In this document: piece after piece, positions 38,030 through 49,316 of the stretch | Numbering within the stretch: the stretch's first letter is position 1 | Layout of the letters: each line of letters begins with the position of its first letter | Origin: Macrostomum hystrix | Lineage: Eukaryota > Animalia > Platyhelminthes | Length of the DNA stretch: 64,000 nt | Assembly (NCBI GenBank): GCA_950097015.1 | Contig: CATNEN010000029.1 | Location: 5,580,001-5,644,000 of the forward strand | Reading direction: 5' to 3' | Program-made: the position numbers and the translations under genes | The notes under the pieces: model-generated | Told to the model about the DNA's origin: nothing | Seen by the model: only the letters and a program-made list of their open reading frames with translations | Databases searched by the model: none

Positions 38030-41003
38030 TCTGTGCATTTAGGATTGGGATCTAAGAGATTCTATGAATTCAGGATTGGGATCTAAGAGATTCTATGAAT
38101 TTAGGATTGGGATCTAAGAGATTCTGTGAATTTAGGATTGGGATTCAAGAGATTCTATGAATTTATGATTGGGATCTAAGAGATTCTATGAATTTAGGAT
38201 TGGGATCTAAGAGATTCTGTGAATTTAGGATTGGGATACAAGAGATTCTATGAATTTATGATTGGGATCTCAGAGATTCTATGAATTTAGGATTGGGATC
38301 TAAGAGATTCTGTGAATTTAGGATTGGGATCTAAGAGATTCTGTGAATTTAGGATTGGGATCTAAGAGATCTCATGAATTTAGGATTGGGATCTAAGAGA
38401 TTCTATGAATTTAGGATTGGGATATAAGAGATTCTATGAATTTAGGATTGGGATATAAGAGATTCTATGAATTTAGGATTGGGATCTAAAAGATTCTGTG
38501 AATTTAGGATTGGGATTCAAGAGATTCTATGAACTTAGGATTGGAATCTAAGAGATTCTGTGAATTTAGCATTGGGATCTAAGAGATTCTGTGAATTTAG
38601 GATTGGGATCTAAGAGATTCTGTGAATTTAGGATTGGGATCTAAGAGATTCTGTGAATTTAGGACTGGGATCTAAGAGATTCTGTGAATTTAGGATTGGG
38701 ATTCAAGAGATTCTATGAACTTAGGATTGGAATCTAAGAGATTCTGTGAATTTAGCATTGGGATCTAAGAGATTCTGTGAATTTAGGATTGGGATCTAAG
38801 AGATTCTGTGAATTTAGGATTGGGATCTAAGAGATTCTGTGAATTTAGGACTGGGATCTAAGAGATTCTGTGAATTTAGGATTGGGATCTAAGAGATTCT
38901 ATGAATTTAGGATTGGGATCTAAGAGATTCTATGAATTTAGGATTGGGATCTAAGAGATTCTGTGAATTTAGGATTGGGATCTAAGAGATTCTATGAATT
39001 TAGGATTGGGATATAAGAGATTCTATGAATTTAGCATTGGGATCTAAGAGATTCTGTGAATTTAGGATTGGGATCTAAGAGATTCTGTGAATTTAGGATT
39101 GGGATCTAAGAGATTCTATGAATTTAGGATTGGGATCTAAGAGATTCAATGAATTTAGGATTGGGATCTAAGAGATTCTGTGAATTTAGGATTGGGATCT
39201 AAGAGATTCAATGAATTTAGGATTGGGATCTAAGAGATTCTATGAGATTAGGATTGGGATCTCAGAGATTCAATGAATTTAGGATTGGGATATAAGAGAT
39301 TCTATGAATTCAGGATTGGGATATAAGAGATTCAATGAATTTAGGATTGGGATCTAAGAGATTCTGTGAATTTAGGATTGGGATCTAAGAGATTCTATGA
39401 ATTTAGCATTGGGATCTAAGAGATTCTGTGAATTTAGGATTGGGATCTAAGAGATTCTATGAATTCAGGATTGGGATATAAGAGATTCAATGAATTTAGG
39501 ATTGGGATCTAAGAGATTCTGTGAATTTAGGATTGGGATCTAAGAGATTCTGTGAATTTAGGATTGGGATCTAAGAGATTCTATGAATTTAGGATTGGGA
39601 TATAAGAGATTCTATGAATTTAGGATTGGGATCTAAAAGATTCTATGAATTTAGGATTGGGATCTAAGAGATTCTGTGAATTTAGGATTGGGATCTAAGA
39701 GATTTTGTGAATTTAGGATTGGGATATAAGAGATTCTATGAATTTAGGATTGGGATATAAGAGATTCTATGAATTTAGGATTGGGATCTAAGAGATTCTA
39801 TGAATTTGGGATTGGGATCTAAGAGATTCTATGAATTTAGGATTGGGATATAAGAGATTCTATGAATTTAGGATTGGGATATAAGAGATTCTATGAATTT
39901 AGGATTGGGATATATCTCTTATATCTCTTGTGAATTTAGAATTGGGATCTAAGAGATTCTGTGAATTTAGGATTGGGATATAAGAGATTCTATGAATTTA
40001 GGATTGGGATCTAAGAGATTCTATGAATTTAGAATTGGGATCTAAGAGATTCTGTGAATTTAGAATTGGGATCTAAGAGATTCTGTGAATTTAGGATTGG
40101 GATATAAGAGATTCTATGAATTTAGGATTGGGATCTAAGAGATTCTATGAATTTAGGATTGGGATATAAGAGATTCTATGAATTTAGCATTGGGATCTAA
40201 GAGATTCTATGAATTTAGGATTGGGATATAAGAGATTCTATGAATTTAGGATTGGGATCTAAGAGATTCTATGAATTTAGCATTGGGATCTAAGAGATTC
40301 TATGAATTTAGGATTGGGATATAAGAGATTCTATGAATTTTGGATTGGGATCTAAGAGATTCTATGAATTTAGGATTGGGATCTAAGATATTCTATGAAT
40401 TTAGCATTGGGATCTAAGAGATTCTATGAATTTAGGATTGGGATATAAGAGATTCTATGAATTTAGGATTGTGATCTAAGAGATTCTGTGAATTTAGGAT
40501 TGGGATCTAAGAGATTCTATGAATTTAGCATTGGGATCTAAGAGATTCTATGAATTTAGGATTGGGATATAAGAGATTCTATGAATTTAGGATTGGGATC
40601 TAAGAGATTCTGTGAATTTAGGATTGGGATCTAAGAGATTCTATGAATTTAGGATCGGGATCTAAGAGATTCTGTGAATTTAGGATTGGGATCTAAGAGA
40701 TTCTGTGAATTTAGGATTGGGATCTAAGAGATTCTATGAATTTAGGATCGGGATCTAAGAGATTCTATGAATTTAGGATTGGGATCTAAGAGATTCTGTG
40801 AATTTAGGATTGGGATCTAAGAGATTCTATGAATTTAGGATCGGGATCTAAGAGATTCTATGAATTTAGGATTGGGATCTAAGAGATTCTGTGAATTTAG
40901 GATTGGGATCTAAGAGATTTTGTGAATTTAGGATTGGGATCTAAGAGATTCTGTGAATTTAGGATTGGGATCTAAGAGATTCTGTGAATTTAGGATTGGG
41001 ATC
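38030..41003. repeat. 31-bp satellite (GAATTTAGGATTGGGATCTAAGAGATTCTAT)n, about 3 kb, inside the autonomous Helitron
   Basis: Visible array. Period counted as 31 (38881 to 38912). Confidence 0.97.
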
Positions 41004-41265
41004 TGTTATGCTCAGTTCTGTTATGCCACAAACACAATTTAGCTAATCATTTTGCCTAGGTAATCCCTTATCTCAATTCCATTATGATCCCATCTAATTT
41101 GAATTTATTAGGTGAATAAAGCAGGATTTGCCTGATATGTCTCAGCGGGCCATTTACATATCAGGATAAACTACTTGTGATCACTATTAAACACAGATAC
41201 CAATGCGACACTCACAGACAAAAATGACACAAGTAATACTCACTTCAATGACGCCTGGAAATCGC

Positions 41266-44200
41266 CTAATCTCCAGTGAGCACTTCTGGATACACCACGT
41301 TCCTGGTCTTGGTTCCGGAAACCCGGACGCGGACATTGGCCGCGTTCTTCGCTCGTGACAGCGCCGTGTACAGCTGACCATGAGTGAAGCAACCGACAGC
41401 CAGGTCAACGCCAACGGTCTCCAGAGACTGGCCTTGTGCTTTGTGTATTGTAAGGCAGAAGCTCGACTTCACAGGAAACTGCAGCCGCTTGAAACTCACT
41501 GGTAGATCCGCATTGTTTGGAATCAGCGGAATTCGCGGCAGCAGGATCTCGTCTCCAGTGAACTGACCGGCGGCAATCTTGCAGCGCAGCACATTATCGC
41601 CCATCGTGAGAACGATGAGCCGTGTACCGTTGCACAGCCGCGGCGGGTTGATGTTCCGAAGAAGCACCAGCGGCATGCCCACCTTGATCCTGAGCAGATA
41701 AGTTGGAAAATTCGGGGCATCCAGCTGGTTTAGCAACTCCGTCGGGAAATGCGTAGCGGCCTCCTCATCAGCCAGGCTGTCTACAGAGCGATACTCTCGC
41801 AGGCAACCCGGGAAAATGCCCAGACACGTCTCGTTGATGGCATCAACAGAGTCGTTGTACGGCGCCAGTATCGCTCGACTTGCAAAATAGTCGTCCCGCT
41901 CCGCTGATTCTTCAAACGACGGGTACACGAACTTGATCAGGTCATTCAGCGGAGCCTCTGCAGAAATCACCATCTCAGCGGGAAGGGACACCTTCTCCTC
42001 AGCATCCTGCTCGATTGTCCCGGTTCCGATCTGTGAAAAGAAAAGCAATAAAAACATGAAACATGATATTCGCAATGATTCGCGAGATTCGAATGATTTT
42101 TACACCCCATTCTCACCTGCATGAGTAGCTCCGTGAACTTCTGGTACATCGCTGGCTCGGAGCTGCACAGCAGACGAATGTTTCTCGTCAAGCGATGTCG
42201 CTTGAAAAGTTTCCACAGCGAAGATCTGCAGACACACGCCATGACGCTGTTGGCGCGGGTTCCATTCACTACGACAGGCAGGAGCTGGCGGAAGTCACCG
42301 GAACACACCAGAGTGACTCCTCCAAATGGCTTGTCCTGCTTCCGAACGTCTCGCAGACACCTGTCCACGGATTCCAGATCCTTTCGATTGGTCATGGAGA
42401 TCTCGTCCCAGACAATCAGCCGAACTCTACGAAACACTTCCGCTTGCTTGGACTGCGCGCCAACAGCGCAGACATCCTTGTTGGATCGGAGCAGCCGGAC
42501 TGGGATCTTGAACCTAGAGTGAAGTTGTCATAGGTAGAATCGATTAGAAACGCGACTCTATAAAATTCAGAAGCATTCCCCTAATCTAAAAAACTTACGT
42601 GGAATGCGCAGTCTGTCCGCCTGGCAGCAGAGTCGCTGCGATTCCAGACGCCGCAACTGCCAGGGCGAGTTCACCGCGGCTGCGCACAAAGGCCAGCAAA
42701 ACCTCCAGCAGGAAGGTCTTGCCAGTGCCAGCGGGCGCGTCCAGGAAGTGCAAACCGCCCGAGCCGGCCACAAGATCCGCAGTCACCGACTCGTACACCG
42801 CAATCTGCTCCTCCGTCAGCATTGACAGTCTCGCTTCCCGGATCTCGGCCTGTTCAACCGGGTCGAACTGCATCGGTCCGACTTGAGGCGGCACGGAGGC
42901 CGCAGGCAAGCCGTACTCGGGCAGGCTGTGACCGCCCATGGAGGTCAGCATGCTCTGCAGCTCGCGCAGCGCCAGGTCGGTGATTTCCTCAGCGCTCAGA
43001 TCTCGGTGGTGAAACCGCAGGTCCTCGCACAGATCCTCGGCGAATGTGCACCACAGATCGCTGCCATCCTCAGGGTTGCCCCAAATCAGAATGACAGCCA
43101 GCAGGTGCCTGAGAGCTCTCGGCATTCGCGACTGGACTGCCTCGGCTAGGCAGCGCCGCCAGTGGTCGTCTCGTTGCAGCAGACCCAGGGCCGTGCAAGC
43201 AGCCTTGGCGCTGGGACACAGCACTCCGTCCACAGTGTGCAGCGCCTCGAAGCTGGTTGGCCCTCTAACCTGCAGGAGGAGCATTCGCATATAAAACAGA
43301 TCCCCTGCTCTCGGACTCACCGTGTACATTCGGGCAATGTTCGTGTTGTGCACAACACCAGGGTGGCCCTCAACTCTCGAACCCTTCTTGGCGCGGCGCC
43401 ACTCCCTCTCGCTGTGGTGCCACACGAAGTAGGACGGCACCTCGGTGTACACCAGGCCTCTAGCGAATTCATCAGTGCGGCACAGCTTGAAGAAAGCCGT
43501 CAGCGTCGAATCTCTGGGCGCCCTGGCCTTTGTGCTCGCATTTTGCTCGTTGAAATACACGAGCTGCTCGTTAGACTTGTGCACGCACAATCGGATCACA
43601 GCCGGAAATCTGTTGTGCACCTGTTGTGTTTTAGTTTAAAAACCATATCATTATTTTCCCATTCTTTGCTCCTAGCACTGCCTTGCAAACATCTATGACT
43701 TACTTCAAAGCCCAAGATGGTATTCACGGCTTCCATTGGGCCTATGTAGCGCGCCAGCAGATACTCCTTGATCTCATTTCGCCCCTCCTTCTTGGCTTGA
43801 GTCGGAGCCTTGCTAGCTGAACCTTCCTGTCGTTCGCCATCCGCAGCCTGCTCTCCTGGCCCGCTCGGCTTCTTGTTTGCCTCGAACTTGAACGACGCCA
43901 TGTCGCCGCCTTTTAGCAAGTACTTGATCACGTACTTGACCGACTTGACGGTGGCACAAACTTCAAAGTTCATGTGGCATTCGAAAAGGAGCAACAGGCC
44001 CGGGTTGTATGGTACAACCCACCTTTATTTGTGCCAGGAAAAGAATTGCTAGTTAATGATTCATGTATTCTAGCAATGGTAAATTAACCTTAAAGTAAAT
44101 AAACAATTTAGTAACTAAACTAAACACAAGCCTAAACTAAGTGCTTTGCTTTCATATTAAAGAATCAACCTTTCAATCAAGTCTGAAAAAACACCAACAC

Positions 44201-47200
44201 CTCCTCACTCACCTGTTGTCCATGCGAATGCTGCGGCCTTTGAATAGTTTGTCCACCGTAAATCCGCCCATCTCAGGGGACAGCCTGCGATACAATGGGT
44301 AGCCAGTATCGCTGGTTAGAGTCGCCTGCTGGAACTCCTTCGGGAAGCCCTTGCTGCACTGGCCGTCCACCATGCACGGGCAGGCTGGATTTACCACGCC
44401 GCAGGGGCCATGGATCATGTGAGTCTTCACCAGCTCGTGCAGCCTCGGCTGCTGCTGTGGGTCCGGAATCTCGGCGGACACAATTTTGTCGTAGCGGTCC
44501 GGAGTCACTCTCTGTCCACTGACCAGCCAGAGCAGAAAGTGCACATGGGGGAGACCTGCGGAAGACATAAATAAATAAGTGATTCAAAGCGACGTATGAG
44601 TGATCCCAATTTAGTCATGTATTAATTAAAATTCTAAACCAGAGTTTGAATCATGGCTAAACCAGAGTTTGAATCATGGCTAAACCAGAGTTTGAATCAT
44701 GGCTAAACCAGAGTTTGAATCATGGCTAAACCAGAGCTTAATTCCAGTTTGCAATGACCCCTTGCATTAAAATATGGATTGCTAAACCCGGAATGCAATT
44801 ACAGAATGAAAATTGAAAGCGCAAATTGCTAACTTACCGCGCTTCTGATATTCCAGAGAGCAAACATGCGCGGCCTCCTTTCCAAAGCGCTTCCTCAGCT
44901 CGGTAAGCAGAGCTTTCTTCTTCAGCTCGAAAACGCGCGTGACAATATCCGGCCGGTCCTCAGGTCGCTGTCCAGGCAGCAGCTGTGCGCTGATTTCCGG
45001 CCACTTAGGGTTGCACGTCGCCGTGACAAACAGGTCCGGCTTGCCAAACTTTTGTACATAGGTCATGGCGTCTTGCAGCCTCTCCATCAGGTACCTTGGC
45101 CCGCCAACGAAGCTGGAGGACAGGAACACGTGCGCAGGCTTGCCAATATCAGTCGGATTTGTGTCGGTCGACCTGCCATCAGCAGCGAATAGAGCGTCTC
45201 GCAGACCGCTGTACGTCTCACTGCGCAGATCGCTCTGATGGGTCCGCAGATAGAGCAGCCTCTCTGACTCAATCTTGGCGCACATGTCCACCAGGTACTG
45301 CTGGAACAGCCTCCGTCCGTGGTGCAGCAAGCTGCTCTGGCCCGCTCGCACCATGATTTCGCTGGCATAGTACTTCATCGGCGTCAGCTTGCGGCCATTG
45401 CTCATGCGCAGCTCCGGGTGCCAGCCGTCCTCGCCATAGGGGAACAGCAACACGTACTCCAGTGCATCATACGATCGGTGTGTTTTGCTAATCCTCTTGT
45501 AGCCGCCACCCCGCAGTTGAATGACAACATCTCGGCTAGTTGCTGGCTCATCACCGTCTTCAGGGGCCTCAGTGTCCTCAGTGTCCTTAACAATGAGGAT
45601 GCCGACCTCGTTTGCCGTGGGCAAATTGTAGCGCCTGATTTTGAACGGTAGTAACAAATGCTTTTAACAAAACTCTTTACAACGGTAAACATTTCTGTGT
45701 ACACAGGCACAAAGCTTTAAAAGACAGGTTTTTAAATGTGTTTCAATCCCTTTTCAGTTATTCTTAGCTCACCGAATGTGTTCCCCAGAAGGTCTTCGGT
45801 CCGGGTGAATCACGATTCGCGCATCCACAAGCTCCGGATCCTCCATGATCCGCTGTGCTGCAGCCTTCAGGCTCCGAACGTAAAGGTTGCACTCGTGAAG
45901 CAACGTCTGTAGCAGCTCCTGTAGCTCTGGCTTCACCCTATCGCTCAGACTCTGCTGGCTTTCGAGTTCGCGGTCAGTGAAGTACACCTGCCAGCCGCGA
46001 GGAACAGCAGACGCTTCAGCAAACAGCGGCATAGCAGTGTGGTGCAGCTGACCGCTGATGATGTAGCTGGGATTCCAGCCTGGCACCAACCGCGGCTTGG
46101 CACTCAGCGAGGTCAGGTGCAGCACAGAGTTATAGCTCCGGATGTTGGTCAGGAACTCTGAGCTCATGCTGTGCCGGCCAATGTACAGGTCAGCCAGCAG
46201 CTGTGGCACAGTCCGGGTGGGCAGCTTCACCTTGCCTCCAGCACAGCAGAAATTGCCTGTCTCCATGCGGAACAGCTTGGCACCGCAATGGTTGCATGCC
46301 CAGTCCATTGGCCCGCAGTCATGGGCTGGAGCTTCTGGCCTCGCCATCGTCTCAGGCCTGATAATAAAAATGGAATGTATCTCTTAGTAACTGTTAAATG
46401 TAAATGTAACTGTTAATTATGTGTCACTTTACCTTGCAGTAGCGGGTCCGTCTTCAGCGCGGCCCGCAGTCTCATGTTCCGCCGGCATCGCGCTGGGGCC
46501 CTTGGCTTTCTTGGCCCTCTTGGCAGGAGTTCTGCTTGCTGCCAGGCTCGGGAACTCAGCATCTGTAAAGGCTTGCAAAGGCTCTCGAAGTCTCAGTGAC
46601 TCGTAATGTTCATGGCGCAAAAGCACACGCACAATGGCATTAGGAGGGCGCAAATTAGCCCTGAAATATTGCATCACACTACCATTGGCCTGGTAAATGA
46701 CCAGATCCACATCAAAGCAGCGGCTCAACAAAGAGGCAACTTCATCTGAAACATAAATTCCTGCTTGAAAAGAGGAATTCACGATCTCATCAGCACTCTC
46801 AGGTGCAATGAGGCCATCTGCAATCAGCTGTGGCATGAGTTCTGCAACACGGCAAGACAAGTCCTGCCGCAGGGAGGCTGCGTCAGTTTCCAGCGGGGTT
46901 CCACGCAGCTGATCACACACAGCATAAAAAAAGCAATTGCCATCACCAACAATGGGGATTACCTGCAACTGCTTAAAGGGTACAATAGTTTCTGTACCTT
47001 GCTGCTGGGTGTCCGACCTAAGGGGCAATGGGTGAACGTAAGCACAGCAGCCTTAATTGGCTTTTTAAGACAATTCATTCCTCAAAAATCGTTATCCGCT
47101 TAATTTATACAGAATAAAATAGATACTACAAATTATCCCCTTCAAGGCAATTCAGAAAAAAACAAAAATAAAGACTTGTTATAAAAAGTTACTATACAAC

Positions 47201-47752
47201 TCACCTAGAAACCACAGCTCCACGGCGACGAATCCGATCGGCTTCCAGTCGGGCAGCCCACTCTGCCTCAGTCTCAGCCTCTCTGCGCTGAGCGTCCCGC
47301 TGCCGCTGTTCTTCCAGTCGGGCAGCCCACTCTGCCTCAGTCTCAGCATGTCTGCACTGAGCATTCCGCTGCCGCTGTTCTTCCAGTCGGGCAGCCCGCT
47401 CTGCCTCAGTCTCAGCATGTCTGCACTGAGCATTCCGCTGCCGCTGTTCTTCCAGTCGGGCAGCCCGCTCTGCCTCAGTCTCAGCATGTCTGCACTGAGC
47501 ATTCCGCTGCCGCTGTTCTTCCAGTCGGGCAGCCCGCTCTGCCTCAGTCTCAGCATGTCTGCACTGAGCATTCCGCTGCCGCTGTTCTTCCAGTCGGGCA
47601 GCCCGCTCAGCCTCAGTCTCAGCATGTCTGCGCTGAGCATCCCGCTGCCGCTGTTCTTCCAGTCGGGCAGCCCGCTCTTCCTCGGATTCTGCCTGTCGCC
47701 GTCGCTTGGCATCGCGGCTCTTCTTTAAACTGCTGGCGCCGCGTCGAACCAT
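41266..47752 (-). CDS. Helitron RepHel transposase (STPR-like repeats, OTU protease, Zn finger, HUH Rep, PIF1-type SF1 helicase); 9 exons, 1786 aa
   Basis: Exons 47752-47205, 47017-46433, 46357-45773, 45634-44838, 44555-44213, 44022-43704, 43620-42599, 42513-42117, 42030-41266. All introns are GT-AG and in phase, total 5361 nt. Motifs: GDGNCFF...HYESL; CNHCGA...CCAGG; GEHIRRYNLPTANEV; DLFVTATCNP; EYQKRGLPHVH; KYVIKYLLKG; APAGTGKT; TAHSTFKIP; WDEISM; GDFRQLLPV; TIHKAQGQS; GQLYTALSR. Confidence 0.93.
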
Positions 47753-49316
47753 GATTGAGAAATGAGAAGCGAAATGAAATAGTTGAGAAAGAATGATATG
47801 GTTTGAAAGATGAAAGTTTGTGAATTTGGATGTCTGAAGAATCAGATAAGGCGCCCTTTAGCCGAACTAATTTGCAGGCTATTTATCATCCAGTGGGTTG
47901 AATTGGAGCTTATCTTAAGACGCAGGGTAAAAACTGAAAAATCGATAAAGAAATAGGGGTCTAAATCTAAAAAACCTATGATTTGGGGCTCTCCAGGCCC
48001 GTGCGTCCACATTCCGGGGCAGAGGGCTCACAGTGTACACTGGTCTGCGCCAGCCAATGAGAAAAGTTGTGATGTAATCTATTTATAAATTCGCACAGAC
48101 TGTCTCGCCAGTGGGGTTGACACAGTTATGTACATTTGACACACTGAAATTCTTATCAGTGTTATAACCAGTATCACTGATTGACACACTGAAATTCTTA
48201 TCAGTGTTATAACCAGTATCACTGATATCAGTGATATCATCAATGTCAGTGATAATCAGTCTCACTTTTAACAAAATTGGCTTTGGAAAACTGGTTTTGC
48301 CATTATTCAAACTCTGGTTTAGCCTTGATTCAAATTCAAACTCTGGTTTAGCCTTGATTCAAACTCCGGTTTAGCCTTGATTCAAACTCGGGTTTAGCCA
48401 TGATTCAAACTCTGGTTTAGCCATAATTCAAACGCTGGAATAGCCATGATTGAAACTCGGGTTTAGCCATGATTCAAGCTCTGGTTTAGCCATGATTCAG
48501 ACTCTGGTTTAGGCATGATTCAAACTCTGGTTTAGCCATGATTCAGACTCCAGTTTTGCCATGATTCAGACTCTGGTTTAGCCATGATTCAGACTCTGGT
48601 TTAGCCATGATTCAGACTCTGGTTTAGCCATGATTCAAACTCTGGTTTAGCCATGATTCAGACTATGGTTTAGCCATGATTCAAACTCAGGTTTGCTATG
48701 ACAAACTCAGGTTTGCTATGATTTATGATATTTTATTTACGAAATGAAAAAATAAATTAAAATAATCTTCAATCACTACTGGCTGAAAATTAGTCTAAAT
48801 GATTTGACGCAGTGCAGAATCGAACCCTAGCCTAGCCTATAACCTATTCCTAGTGCCTACACATCGGCTATTCCGACTGTTGGTTAGTGGGTGCAAAAAT
48901 CAGCCTTATAAAATGAATTCTCAAAGTTCTGGCTTTGTACAATGAAGTAAGAAAATAGAGTGCACTCAGTCTCGCGGTTGGTTGTGTACATTTATTTCCA
49001 ATTTGTCTCCAGAGTGCAGGCTTCAAATTCAATCAGCTAGGGGTTGTTGCGCAATTTGACGACGCAATTCTAATTCAGTGGCTGTCAGTGAAATTCTCAA
49101 TAGGCCAAGATGGTTTGACCTTTGAAAAAATCATGTTTTTCGAATATTTAATCCCTTTAGCAATAAAGTTAAGCTTAATAAAAATACGTGTATAATTGTC
49201 CCCATATTTAGCATCTTTTGTTGAAGAAATGGTGAAAATCGGTTGAGCCGTTCGGGAGAAAATCAATTACAAGCAACCAACCAACCAACCAAGCATTTCA
49301 TTTTTAGTATAGTGGA

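Larger units (their letters stand above)
35700..49316 (-). mobile_element. Autonomous Helitron (13.6 kb)
   Basis: Shares the ~600-bp 5' end (TCCACTATAC...), the adjacent 23-bp satellite and the hairpin+CTAG 3' end with NA1-3. Contains the RepHel gene. Confidence 0.92.

Noticed and set aside
20522-41003. CRISPR-like regular repeats
   Set aside because: Monomers are directly adjacent with no unique spacers, there are no cas genes, and the context is eukaryotic.
41384-47728. Plus-strand ORFs overlapping RepHel (and ORFs antisense to the LINE, GPCR and mariner)
   Set aside because: They are shadow frames of GC-rich coding sequence on the opposite strand.
48137-48235. 45-bp direct duplication and an 18-bp palindrome (ATCACTGATATCAGTGAT) upstream of RepHel
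   Set aside because: Real, but explicable as local slippage or fold-back next to a satellite. No evidence of function.
35700-49316. Classification as Helentron/Helitron2 because of the OTU domain
   Set aside because: Termini are TC...hairpin-CTAG in an AT target, no APE endonuclease follows the helicase, and the Rep motifs are canonical Helitron type.
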